A stretch of DNA of 64,000 nt. It comes from an uncultured Planctomycetia bacterium. GTDB taxonomy: Bacteria > Planctomycetota > Planctomycetia > CAXEIY01. A model generated the notes under the pieces. The model made no database searches, was not told the DNA's origin, and saw nothing but the letters and a program-made list of their open reading frames with translations. Shown here piece after piece: positions 20,566-31,500 of the stretch; the stretch's first letter is position 1, and each line of letters starts with the position of its first letter. The stretch lies in the NCBI GenBank assembly GCA_963996245.1, contig CAXEIY010000213.1, positions 1,371-65,370 on the forward strand, given 5' to 3'. The translations under genes and the position numbers were made by a program.

Positions 20566-23217
20566 TCACTCAACATAAAGAAATTCATTTGCACTCAACA
20601 ACATATGGCACAGTTCCTGGAGCGAGTGATCGCACGCCTGTGATTTTTCCATGTCCTTTTCCAACTGCAACTGATGGGCTTGACTCTCGAGAAAACTGAA
20701 ACTGGTTTCCCATTCGGAATCGGTCGGAAGACGGCAAAAGGCTAGCATGAACGCTTCGCGAATACGTAGCTTCTGGTTCGATCCAGCTCGCTCGATAACC
20801 CTTTTGGAAAACTGTACCGCCTGGTCGGAAATAAATTTTCCATTCACCATCAAGAGTGATTGTAAAACCACGGCAGAATGCTGACGCCGAGTGCAATTAT
20901 GAGCAACCAGTGGTTGGTCAAAAACACTGAGTTCACTTAATTGGTAATTCCGGCGGGCAAATATATACAGACTTCTCCTGTACTGGTCTGTTTTGTCGGT
21001 AAGTTTGTCGACGTTAATATCGACACTGCCATCCGAATGGGGTATCAGCGGGATCGGTGGTCCTCCGATCCGGTGCTCAAGCAGACCACTAGTCGCCAGA
21101 ACTCGATCTCGTATCACTTCTGACTCTAGTCGACGCAATGGCATGCGCCAGAGAAGTCGGTTTTCGGGATCCTTTTTGTATGGATCAGCAATCTTGCGTA
21201 CGGCCACTTTTAGTCGAGATCCCTGACGATAAGCGCTGGACCGAAGTATCAATCGATGCAGTTCTTTGAAACTCCAACCTCGATCCACAAACTCACAGGC
21301 TAGCCAGTCCAAAAGTTTGGGATGACTGGGCAAGGTACCGGAACGGCCAAAATTGTCCGGGGTTTCTACAATTCCTTTCCCAAAGTACTGCTGCCATACG
21401 CGATTAACAATTACCCTGGCTGTCAAAGGGTGATCGGGATGAGTTAACCAGTTTGCCAGCGCTAAACGCCTTCCACTACTTCCCGTTACCGATCCTTTTT
21501 CGGGTATCTCCAACCCCTGAATTACTCGTTCGAGTACCTTTGGGACACCAGGATTTACTGGGGCTCCCGGTGTCGTGTACTCTCCTCTGCGGAAAAGATA
21601 CGTAGATGGCACTGACCCTGGTTCCCAAAAAGCACGAATAATTCCGTAGGACTGTTTTCCCCGGGCGAGAGATTTTATCTGCTCCTTAAAAGCAGCGACT
21701 CTGGATCGATCCTTCTCGGACAATGCCCGGTCGATCTCCTCTGGACTCACCTCCAACTGCGTACTTAATTTCGACAAGAGGTATTTTTGGACTCCTGTTC
21801 TCTGATCTTCAGAAGTCTGAATAGCCTTTTTAAGATCCGCCCTGATCACCTCAGGCATTTCCTTCAACTTTGCTTCCAACAACCGTTTCTTGGTCTGCTG
21901 ATGGATACACCCTATCTGTTCTTCTGCTCTGCTAATCTCTTTTTCAATCTGGTCATTATTTATATCTATGCGATCTTTTTCACTTTTGGAAACATCCGCA
22001 ATCTGTCGCTCCGAACCCGGAATCCAGCGATGAACGTTGTATCCCGGTGTAAAACAGGCTGCGAGACGATAATAGTCTACATGTGAAATAGGATCGAACT
22101 TATGGTCGTGGCAGCGCGCGCAGTGAACCGTCAAACCAAGAATGTTGGTTGAAAAAGTCTGAAGCGTGTCGAAAAGCACTTGATATCGGATATCGGCTGT
22201 GTTGAGTTCTTGTTCATCGGTCACATCCGCAGATTGTCGGAGAAAACCGGTAGCGATTAACTGGTTCTTTATCTCTGGTGAAAAGGTTTTTGCATTTCGC
22301 CAATCCACTCGCTCATCCCCGGCAATCTGCTCCATCAGGAACTGATCATAAGACTTGTCCTCATTGAAAGCCGCCACCACATAGTCCCGATATTTCCACA
22401 TCCCCTCAGAAACTTTGATGATCTGAGCATCATTATCTGTACCTCGTGAATCGACATACCCTGCTGCGTCGAGCCAGTGACGGCCCCATCGTTCACCGTA
22501 ATGGGGGGACGCCAGAAGCTCATCTATGAGTCGCTCATATGATTCCGGTGACGAATCGGAAACAAACGCCCTTACTTGGTCCGGTCTGGGTGGTAGTCCA
22601 ATGACATCCAGAAAAACTCTTCTGACAAGCGTCTCTGGATCTGCGTCGGACAAGAATTGAAGACCTTGTGCTTCCAATTTATCCAGCAGAAACGCATCCA
22701 CGGGTGTACGAACAAGATTTTGATTCCGGACGCTCGGAACTGGATATCGACGTGGTTCCTGAAAGGCCCACCACTGCTTTTTGTGCTGCGGCAATTCTGA
22801 CACGGAAACTTCTGTGTTCAAAGGTTGATCAAATTGGGCAGAAGCACCCTCATCAATCCAGGATCGCAGTAGCTCTAAGTGCTGATTGGTTGGTTTCAGA
22901 GCATTTTCCGGTGGCATTTCACCAGATTTAATCTTTTCAATAATCAAACTCTCTTTAGACCTGCCTCTAACCAGTGCCGGACCACTCGTCCCACCTTTTA
23001 GCAACAGAGGCAAGGTGCGCATGTCCAGATCCCCCTCTAGTGCTTCACCACCATGACACTTCCAGCAGTAAGCCGTCAGAATGGGAACAATTTCTCGCTC
23101 GAAGGAGAGTGATTGTTGGGCCGGCTGTGCATGAACCAGGATAGGAATCATATTGCTGATGACAACAAAGCCGACCACGGAGAACCTTCTTTTCCGACTG
23201 ATTTCGTAACGGCTCAT
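20566..23217 (-). CDS. Planctomycete PSCyt1/PSCyt2(DUF1549)/PSD1(DUF1553) protein
   Basis: A signal peptide and the 'CWKCHGGE' PSCyt1 heme-like motif are present. DUF1549 ('RRVFLDVIGLPP') and DUF1553 ('CARCHDHKFDPISHVDYY') blocks follow. Confidence 0.85.
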   Translation of the reverse strand: MSRYEISRKRRFSVVGFVVISNMIPILVHAQPAQQSLSFEREIVPILTAYCWKCHGGEALEGDLDMRTLPLLLKGGTSGPALVRGRSKESLIIEKIKSGEMPPENALKPTNQHLELLRSWIDEGASAQFDQPLNTEVSVSELPQHKKQWWAFQEPRRYPVPSVRNQNLVRTPVDAFLLDKLEAQGLQFLSDADPETLVRRVFLDVIGLPPRPDQVRAFVSDSSPESYERLIDELLASPHYGERWGRHWLDAAGYVDSRGTDNDAQIIKVSEGMWKYRDYVVAAFNEDKSYDQFLMEQIAGDERVDWRNAKTFSPEIKNQLIATGFLRQSADVTDEQELNTADIRYQVLFDTLQTFSTNILGLTVHCARCHDHKFDPISHVDYYRLAACFTPGYNVHRWIPGSERQIADVSKSEKDRIDINNDQIEKEISRAEEQIGCIHQQTKKRLLEAKLKEMPEVIRADLKKAIQTSEDQRTGVQKYLLSKLSTQLEVSPEEIDRALSEKDRSRVAAFKEQIKSLARGKQSYGIIRAFWEPGSVPSTYLFRRGEYTTPGAPVNPGVPKVLERVIQGLEIPEKGSVTGSSGRRLALANWLTHPDHPLTARVIVNRVWQQYFGKGIVETPDNFGRSGTLPSHPKLLDWLACEFVDRGWSFKELHRLILRSSAYRQGSRLKVAVRKIADPYKKDPENRLLWRMPLRRLESEVIRDRVLATSGLLEHRIGGPPIPLIPHSDGSVDINVDKLTDKTDQYRRSLYIFARRNYQLSELSVFDQPLVAHNCTRRQHSAVVLQSLLMVNGKFISDQAVQFSKRVIERAGSNQKLRIREAFMLAFCRLPTDSEWETSFSFLESQAHQLQLEKDMEKSQACDHSLQELCHMLLSANEFLYVE

Positions 23218-23236
23218 TTGTTGACATACTCCAACA

Positions 23237-24724
23237 TTACACCAGCCATTTTTGATTTAGTTGCAATAGCCTAGACAAGGCTGGCTTGGGAGTCCCATCT
23301 GGTCCGACGAGACCTGCATGAGGTAATTCGTGTGGCTGGCTGTCATATAAATGACACCAGGTAACACGCTTCACAAAGGGCTTGGAAAGGATCATAGGGA
23401 AAAATCTTTCCACCCACTCTTTCTGAAGGGATTCGTCCCAAGACCGTTGCCAAACATTCTTAACGGAAATTTCTTTCTGGATCGAAACACTGTCCGACCC
23501 ATGTGAAGAAGGGACCGCAAGCATCAGGTGCACATCGATTCCCAAATATCCCCAGTCATCCAGCATGCGTGAAAATTCAAGGCTATCTCGCATCCAAGAG
23601 CCCGGAGAAGAATACCCCATGCTCACTTCAAGACTCACTGCTTTAATTCCCAGATCAACCCGCAACAACGTGTCCACAAAATTTATCGGGGCCACACTCT
23701 GATCACCGTTTGCAACATACTCTCCCCAGGGTTGATCTACGCGTACAACCCATTGTGCCGCCGGATCAACCTGATGAGCCACTTCCAGTAAATAAACCGA
23801 AAGCCGCAAGCGTTGTTCTTCAGAAAGGGAAAGAATCCGTGATGAATTCATACGTGCGGTCACTTCCCATACGGAAATTTTTCCACGATAACGATTGATT
23901 ACCGACTGCATGAATTCTGCCGCACAATTTTGCAAATTGTCAAAATCCCCTTCCCAAAGCCACAGCCAGTCCGGAATTGTTGTCGGAGATAACGAAAACA
24001 GTGGACCGCCACAGATGGACAATCCCTTGGTGATGCACCATTCGATCTGCGCATCGTACAGATCCCATTGGCTTTCTCCCTCTACTGGCTCAATGTATTT
24101 CCAGTTCAAAGGAACTCGTGCTGAATTAAAGGAACCGGAGAGTTGAGTATCCCAGAGTTGCGTAGGCAACTCGTGAGGCAGTTCACACCCAGAATACACC
24201 GCGATGACACCTTGTTTTCGCCGTTTGTCTAAATTGTGATTACTGTATCGCTCAACCAGTTTCTCACCAACTAAAACTGCCGCAGCCAATGCGCGGTCAG
24301 CATCGCGACAACAAATCTCAGGACTGTGCTGCGACATGGCCGCCGAATGAAATATTCGTTGTGCTTCGTAAAGGTATTTTGATAACTGCTTGACACCTGT
24401 CCAACCCTGTCGCTCATAAACTGCCATTTGATTCCGAACTTGATTCAACTTGCCACGCGCAAGTTCCAATGGCAACCAGTAATCGGTCTCACCAGCAAGC
24501 AGCGTCGATGTCGAAAGCATCGGCTGACCAAAGCCAGCTACCGGCCAATGAGTAACAAACTTCCCCCTGTCGGTCTGGGGAAGTGACAGGAGTAACCGTC
24601 CGTCCTCAAGGTGCCCCTGAGTAACCCACGGAACCGAATCCGGTCCACAAAAATAAGATCCCTTACCGAGTTGCACGTCTTCAAGGAGATTCTGCGGATG
24701 AACTCGGAATTTAATAGCACCCAT
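23237..24724 (-). CDS. Hypothetical protein, possibly clan GH-A TIM-barrel glycoside hydrolase-like (GH10-like?)
   Basis: A 495-aa ORF has weak resemblance to GH10 blocks ('GKISVWEVTARMN' vs WDVVNE; 'VSLEVSMGY' vs ITELD). Assignment is tentative. Confidence 0.3.
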   Translation of the reverse strand: MGAIKFRVHPQNLLEDVQLGKGSYFCGPDSVPWVTQGHLEDGRLLLSLPQTDRGKFVTHWPVAGFGQPMLSTSTLLAGETDYWLPLELARGKLNQVRNQMAVYERQGWTGVKQLSKYLYEAQRIFHSAAMSQHSPEICCRDADRALAAAVLVGEKLVERYSNHNLDKRRKQGVIAVYSGCELPHELPTQLWDTQLSGSFNSARVPLNWKYIEPVEGESQWDLYDAQIEWCITKGLSICGGPLFSLSPTTIPDWLWLWEGDFDNLQNCAAEFMQSVINRYRGKISVWEVTARMNSSRILSLSEEQRLRLSVYLLEVAHQVDPAAQWVVRVDQPWGEYVANGDQSVAPINFVDTLLRVDLGIKAVSLEVSMGYSSPGSWMRDSLEFSRMLDDWGYLGIDVHLMLAVPSSHGSDSVSIQKEISVKNVWQRSWDESLQKEWVERFFPMILSKPFVKRVTWCHLYDSQPHELPHAGLVGPDGTPKPALSRLLQLNQKWLV

Positions 24725-24946
24725 CGTTCACTAACCGCCTCGAGGTGAAGTCTTGTCATGACAAGTAATGCAGGGGGCATCCTTAATTCATCTACCGGTA
24801 ACCCGATGCCTTACTTCACGCAAGTTATATTGAGTTTATCGCCTTCTCGAACGCTGTTCAAGTAAGCGCACGTGTGATAAGATGCATCCTCGTTTCGCCT
24901 CGCGATATAACTGAGAACTCCATATTGCCGTCCATTCGATAGAAAG

Positions 24947-25903
24947 GTGAGCCCTTTGACCTCACAATCCGCTCCTTCAAATGCCAGTGCAGCAACCTCG
25001 TCACCAAAGCATCCAGATGCCGGCCAGGTGTTGCTCCAAACGGAAATTGATGGTTTTCCTGTCCGGCGTGGAAAAGTGCGAGACATCTATGACCTGGGTG
25101 ACCGATTACTCATCATTGCTACCGATCGAATCAGCGCATTTGATAGAGTTCTCCCAACCGGCATTCCTGACAAAGGACGCATTCTTACTGCTCTGAGTGT
25201 TTTTTGGTTTCAACATCTGGATTGCCCCAATCACCTCATTTCTTCTGAGATTGAAGACCTGACCGCTGTTAACGATTGCCGCGATCAGATCGCCGGCCGA
25301 TTCATGCTTGTGCACAAGGCTGAAGTAGTTCCCATTGAATGCGTTGCGCGCGGATATCTGGCCGGATCTGGATGGAAAGAGTATCAGAAATTCGGAACCG
25401 TATGCGGCATCCAATTACCAGCAGGGCTGCAGGAAAGTGATCGTTTGCCAGAACCTATTTTCACACCTGCCACCAAAGCGCAAGAGGGACATGATGAAAA
25501 TATTTCTTTTGAACGCATGACAGAAATCGTTGGAAGTGCTACATCAGAAGAACTCAGAACCAAAACACTAGACCTGTACAAACAGGCCTCCGACTATGCG
25601 AGAGAACGAGGTATTATCCTGGCTGACACCAAGCTCGAGTGGGGCTGGATAGACAACCGACTGGTTTTGGTAGACGAAATATTCACCTCAGACAGTTCTC
25701 GCTTCTGGCCCGAAAATCAATATCAACCTGGTCGATCGCAACCTGCATTCGACAAGCAATTTGTCCGAGACTGGTTGGAAACAACCGATTGGGACAAAGA
25801 AGGCACACCACCTGAATTGCCGGAAGACATCGTTGCACAAACACGATCGAAATACATAGAGGCCTATGAAGTTCTTGCCGAAAAAGCTTTTCCTTGGAAA
25901 TAG
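24947..25903 (+). CDS. purC: Phosphoribosylaminoimidazole-succinocarboxamide synthase (SAICAR synthetase)
   Basis: 'GKVRDIYDLGDRLLIIATDRISAFD' and 'LADTKLEWG' are hallmark PurC motifs. Confidence 0.9.
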   Translation: MSPLTSQSAPSNASAATSSPKHPDAGQVLLQTEIDGFPVRRGKVRDIYDLGDRLLIIATDRISAFDRVLPTGIPDKGRILTALSVFWFQHLDCPNHLISSEIEDLTAVNDCRDQIAGRFMLVHKAEVVPIECVARGYLAGSGWKEYQKFGTVCGIQLPAGLQESDRLPEPIFTPATKAQEGHDENISFERMTEIVGSATSEELRTKTLDLYKQASDYARERGIILADTKLEWGWIDNRLVLVDEIFTSDSSRFWPENQYQPGRSQPAFDKQFVRDWLETTDWDKEGTPPELPEDIVAQTRSKYIEAYEVLAEKAFPWK

Positions 25904-26047
25904 AACTTCCCCCTTAGATAATCCCTAGGCCACGGTTACCACTAATGGGGGAATACCTCGAAAACCTCCATTGCCATCAATCTGAATTCCGACACCCTAT
26001 CAGGTCAAATTGAATTTTACCTAATTGCATAAAAGCATCTTACCCTT

Positions 26048-27190
26048 ATGTTGCGTTATCTCACGGCTGGCGAATCACATGGAAAAACCCTCGTGGCCAT
26101 CGTTGATGGACTGCCAGCCGGAATACATATCGACTGTTCGCTGATTGATTATGAACTGAAAAGACGACAGGGGGGATACGGTCGTGGAGGCCGTCAAAAG
26201 CTTGAAACGGACCAAGTCGAAGTGCTATCGGGTATCTGGCAAAATACCTCTCTGGGAAGTCCTATTGCTCTTCAGGTAGTGAATCGTGATTACAAGCTGG
26301 AACGGCTGGAAGATTTACCGCGACCACGACCAGGACATGGTGATTTAGCCGGGGCGGTAAAATATCTGGCGCCTATTCGAGCAATACTGGAACGGGCCAG
26401 CGCCCGGGAAACAGCCATCCGTGTGGCGGCTGGGGCCTTGACAAAACAACTCCTTTCACTGTTTGATATTTCTGTTTTTGGCTTCGTTTCAGAACTGGGT
26501 GGAATACCCGCTGAAGTTCCTCCAGACACAAGTCTGAAGGATCTGCATTGCTTGCGAGATGAAAGCCCGGTTTACTCTGTTAACCCTTCTGCAGACGCCG
26601 ATATCGTAGCACACATTGATCAGTGTGCTGATGAAGGAGACACTCTTGGTGGTGTAGTTGAAGTACTTGTTGAAGGCGTTCCCTTTGGTCTTGGCAGTCA
26701 CACCCAATGGGACAAAAAGCTGGATGGGCGTTTGGCACAGGCTGTGATGAGCATTCAGGCTTTCAAAGGTGTTGAAATTGGGATGGGATTTGAAGCAGCC
26801 CGACAGCATGGTTCTTCCGTGCACGACCCAATTCAATTTGACGCTTCTCTTAAAGACCGGCCCCATCTCGGCTACATACGACCATCGAACAATGCCGGTG
26901 GAATAGAAGCAGGCATGACCAATGGACAACCCATTGTTATCCGTGCTGCCAAAAAGCCCATTAGCACACTCCGTCAACCGCTGGAATCCGTCGATTTCGC
27001 AACCAAAGAACCTCAAAAAGCCAGTTACGAACGCAGTGATGTATGCGCTGTGCCAGCTGCTAGTGTGATTGCAGAAAACGTTGTCGCTTTTGAAATTGCT
27101 CGGGCTTTTCTTGAAAAATTCAGCGCCGATAGTGTTGAAGAGATTCGGGAAAACTACGATACTTTTCTTCGTCTTGCACGTGAACGTTAA
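26048..27190 (+). CDS. aroC: Chorismate synthase
   Basis: 'MLRYLTAGESHGKTLVAIVDGLPAG' and 'GRSSARETA' are conserved AroC blocks. Confidence 0.9.
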   Translation: MLRYLTAGESHGKTLVAIVDGLPAGIHIDCSLIDYELKRRQGGYGRGGRQKLETDQVEVLSGIWQNTSLGSPIALQVVNRDYKLERLEDLPRPRPGHGDLAGAVKYLAPIRAILERASARETAIRVAAGALTKQLLSLFDISVFGFVSELGGIPAEVPPDTSLKDLHCLRDESPVYSVNPSADADIVAHIDQCADEGDTLGGVVEVLVEGVPFGLGSHTQWDKKLDGRLAQAVMSIQAFKGVEIGMGFEAARQHGSSVHDPIQFDASLKDRPHLGYIRPSNNAGGIEAGMTNGQPIVIRAAKKPISTLRQPLESVDFATKEPQKASYERSDVCAVPAASVIAENVVAFEIARAFLEKFSADSVEEIRENYDTFLRLARER

Positions 27191-27257
27191 CCTGGTGCTT
27201 TGATCCATTCAACTCCTGAATCAATGTACCTACAGGGTCCTGACAAGAAGGATTGCC

Positions 27258-28523
27258 TTGTACCGGAAATCACGCCGAACGATCGCGTTGTTAGTGTTCT
27301 TTACACTCTGCTTGGTACCCACAGCAGCAGCCATATGGATCTCATATAGCATCCAGCAACCTCAACACTCCAAACAGATTGCCCTTGAAATCAGCCAGGG
27401 GCTGGGAATGGATGTTCGATTGGGTGAATTGCGTTATCCAAAGCCCGGACAGGTTGAATATCACAACCTTATTCTCACCCATTCCGGTCATGATAGCCCC
27501 ATTGCTTCCGTAACCCGATTACACGTCCGGAATTCCGGATCAGAGATCCAGGTTGACGGAATGAAGATCGCTGCACAATCCGCAGATTACTCCATATCGA
27601 GAGTGAGCAAGTCCGTCTTACTTGAAATTATGCGACGTCTGATTCCTGTCCATCAGAATCTGCTGACTGTGAACATTGCTTCACTGGAACTTGAGACACC
27701 GGATGAGCGTTACTTCTTCCCACAGGTTCAACTACTCTACCATCAAACCCCCCAAGGACAACCCATCGCCCGTATCAGGATGACACCTGATGATACCCTT
27801 GTCTCGCGACCCATCGAATTAAAACTTACCTTTTCCAATGCGGACCTTTTTTCTGTCGCGGACATCCGGCTCTCATCTGAGGATTACCCCATTTCGCTTT
27901 CGTTCATGCAATCCCTAGCACCCTGGGTTGATTCCATGGGGCCAAAAACCTCTTTACTGGGTAAATTGCACGCGAAGCGAAACGACAATCAGTCCTGGAA
28001 AATCCAGTTCAAAGGAATCATGCAATCTATTGACCTGAACGTACTCGCAGACAGTTACATTCCACATCACCTGAGCGGTTCTGCCAAATGGACCATCAAC
28101 CATTTCTTGTGGAATAACAATCAACTGGAAAAATTTAAGGGTTCGATGCGAGCTGGCCCGGGTAAAATCGGCACACAACTCATTGACTCGTTAATACGGG
28201 AAACCGCCTGCACCACTCAAATCACATTACCCGAGGCTGACCAAATTCATTATTCAGAAATGGCCTTTCAACTGACCATTGAAAATGGACTGTATCAAAT
28301 GGAGGGAATGAGTGATTCGGGCGGTATGCCTGCCCCATTGCTGCACATAAACCAGCAACCGATACTTTACAGCCCTATCAAACCACAATCGACCATGGCA
28401 CTGGCCCGTGCTTTCAGTGAGACTTCAAGCGATAATCCGGTTCCATCCTTCTCTTTGAGTACCAGATGGCTGACTCGGGCCTTTGGAAGCGCGGCTGAAC
28501 TTCCCTCTGAAACAGAACCCTAA
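27258..28523 (+). CDS. Hypothetical membrane-anchored protein, AsmA-like N-terminus
   Basis: An N-terminal TM/signal anchor 'IALLVFFTLCLVPTAAAIW' is followed by a beta-rich region. There is weak resemblance to the AsmA N-terminal pattern. Confidence 0.35.
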   Translation: MYRKSRRTIALLVFFTLCLVPTAAAIWISYSIQQPQHSKQIALEISQGLGMDVRLGELRYPKPGQVEYHNLILTHSGHDSPIASVTRLHVRNSGSEIQVDGMKIAAQSADYSISRVSKSVLLEIMRRLIPVHQNLLTVNIASLELETPDERYFFPQVQLLYHQTPQGQPIARIRMTPDDTLVSRPIELKLTFSNADLFSVADIRLSSEDYPISLSFMQSLAPWVDSMGPKTSLLGKLHAKRNDNQSWKIQFKGIMQSIDLNVLADSYIPHHLSGSAKWTINHFLWNNNQLEKFKGSMRAGPGKIGTQLIDSLIRETACTTQITLPEADQIHYSEMAFQLTIENGLYQMEGMSDSGGMPAPLLHINQQPILYSPIKPQSTMALARAFSETSSDNPVPSFSLSTRWLTRAFGSAAELPSETEP

Positions 28524-28554
28524 ACGCGATTTGCCATTGGATCATTGTACTGCT

Positions 28555-31500
28555 TTATACGGTTTCAGCCGCTCTATCAGAACTACTGCGCCACAATCGA
28601 ATGGGCAACGAACCCAGTCCCACAAGTGCTAATTGACTGGTTGCAAACAAAAGTAGCCAATCCTGCGTGGAACTTAGAAATCCATAGGAATGCAACCCTA
28701 CTCCCAACAGGTTAACACCAAACCAGGACCATGCCGTTACAATATTTCCTGTAATGGCCAGTACTGCCACTCCCCGTTGTCGAATCATACCACCCCAACG
28801 TGCATGAAGGATTAGCGCATTCCATAGCACAATAATCAGAGCCCCATTTTCCTTGGGATCCCATCCCCAAAATCGGCCCCAAGACTGATCGGCCCATATC
28901 CCACCGAGAACCGTTCCGACAAAACTCAAGAGGGTTGCAAAACAAACGATGCCATAAATCATCCTCCCCAGTGTCTGCATTCCTTTTTGACTCAGAGTTT
29001 TAGTAAACAGTCCCAGAAGCACAAAAAGGATACCCAGAAAACCCGCAAGAAAGGTTGCCGAGTATCCAAAAGTGATACAGGTTACATGTGTTGCCAGCCA
29101 AAAATTGGTATCCAGAACCGCCTGCATCATTTCCATGGTATCGCCGTCACCGGCCAGTCCATCGGCAATGCGCAATGTCAGAAACCCTGTGACACCACAA
29201 ACGACATTACCAATACCATTACGAAATATCCCTTCCAGCAACATCGACATCACAACACATCCCCACCCGATAAAAATGGCAGAGGAATAGAGATTCGTAA
29301 CGGGGGGCCGTTCCTGCAAATACATACGTCCAACAAGCGCACCGGTATGAACAACCAAAGTCGGAACCATGATCCAGAATGCTGCTCGATTTAATGGACG
29401 ATTCCACCCTAACCATGACAGACAACTTAAGAGAAAGATTGCCACATACAAAACGGAACATCTGTTAAACGGGTCAAACGCATTGAACCGGACTTCCCAC
29501 TCAGCTTTTGTAAGCACCGGATCGATGTGATCCTGAAGTTGATTTCGATAGGATCTCAGCGAGCTATTGAATTTATTATGATCTCTTTGTGCATAAGTCC
29601 TCGAAAGATTAATCAGCGAAGTAACCGCCTCCTGCAATTCGTTCGCCTCACTCCGGTCACGGTTGCCTGCTGCCTGAATCACGGCATCGACTGCAGGTGA
29701 CCATTCACCTTCTTCTTCTAGCGGAGGAACCAGATGTGGCATGGGAAATCGCTTCATCATCTGATAGCGACGAACATCCTCCAGTAATTCTTCCTGACCT
29801 TTTTCCTGAAGAATCGAATGCGGTACAGCCAATCGCCAGAACAGTTGCAGATGTTCTGCCAGTGCCACCACTTGCTGATCGAAAACCGTGCGCTGCTTAG
29901 CATCAACCGAACGTGCTCGATTCGCTTCCCTTTCAAGCTCAATGATTTTATCCGGATCTCGAAATTCCTCGAGTGCATATCGAAACCGCTTCCGTTCCTT
30001 TAGCTCTAATAGATCCCGCACTTCTTCATTCGGAATCTTAAATACTTCATGTAAAAACGCTGTTTCGGTGTCAAACATGACATCCATCAACCACACTATG
30101 GCAGGGCTCCTTGCACCTTCATTATTCTCAAAATAATCACGACCAGAAATAATCGTGAGCGCATTACGTGCCAGCGTATCGAGCGGTTTTGCACGCCCTT
30201 GATACACAACGGGCATACGTCCAAACGCCTGAACATTCATAGAACTAGTATCTTCTGGAGTCCGCATGCTATAACCAAAAAATACGATTCCCAAAGCGCA
30301 TGCAACCGTCGCACACCACAAAGAAGGATCACTAAGATCCCAGACCGACTGGTTCTCCTTGTGTTGGACACCCCGACCCAGAAAACTGAAAATACCCAGA
30401 CCAAACTGTATCAGCATTCCAATAGAAACCAGCCCACAGGAAACATAGGGCATTAACCATCCAGGATTCTTCACTACCTGCAAAATGGTACCCCGATCCC
30501 CTGGAAGAAACGAGGACTGAAAAAATGTCTCACCCGAATAACGCAGAGGGTGATTCATATAAATGTTCACATCCCTCTCCACCCCCTGGTCGGGATCAAG
30601 CAGACGAACCCGGCTGGAATAGTTCCTAGGAGTATCCGTTCCGATATAAAGATCGTGCTTAAAATCTTCGAGATATACCGAATATGATTTGTAGCTTCGA
30701 CGAAATCTAAGGGCTACCTGATACGACGAACTTTTAATCGAAACAGGTTGCTCGTTGAAGTGCTGTGAAAACAAAAAAGTGCCGATTCTTTTTTGGGTAT
30801 TCTTTTGTAAAAGTCGGACATAGATAGACGCGATATCGACCTGCGATTCCGTACCGGTCACCTCAGGAGTTTCCCGGGCGACACTTGTACGACCGAAACC
30901 GGACGTTGCATGATTTTCGTCACTAACCAAAAATCCGACACGAAGTTTTTGATCTCCCAACTGAAATCCGTCGCGCGCATTGATGGCCGCAAGGGCCTCT
31001 CGGTGCGCCCGCATGCGCACCCATGCGACATTAGCGGTTAATTTCACCAGTGTGACCGTTTGTGAATCGAGTTCTATCTCACGAATTACTGGTTTTACGG
31101 ACTGATCGTCGAAAGGTGATATCGCGAGCTGATTAGCCCATCGATTCACGTGTTCCAGAACCGATTCCGAGTCATTCTCTCGCGATGTAGCGGTGACAAC
31201 AACCTGTGACTCTTCATGGTCTCCGAGATGAAACTCCACAAAACCCAGTTCAGAACCCGAATGCTGATGCCACTGCTCCGGAACATCCCATTCGATCGGT
31301 TTGCTGTTGCCAGAAAAACGGATCGATCGAACAAACTGCTCAAATTCGCGACTGTGCAACTTAACCTGTTCTCGGGGCCCGGCCAGTTTTAACAACCACG
31401 TTTCATGCTGACCCGACACAATCGCTCCCTGCACTTCCTGTACAAGCAGTATCGATTGCACAGAGCCGAAAGGCGAAAACAGACTTTCCAAATCGACCTT

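Noticed and set aside
26489-27208. 239-aa minus-strand ORF
   Set aside because: It is antisense to aroC, whose motifs are unambiguous. It has no motif and odd composition.
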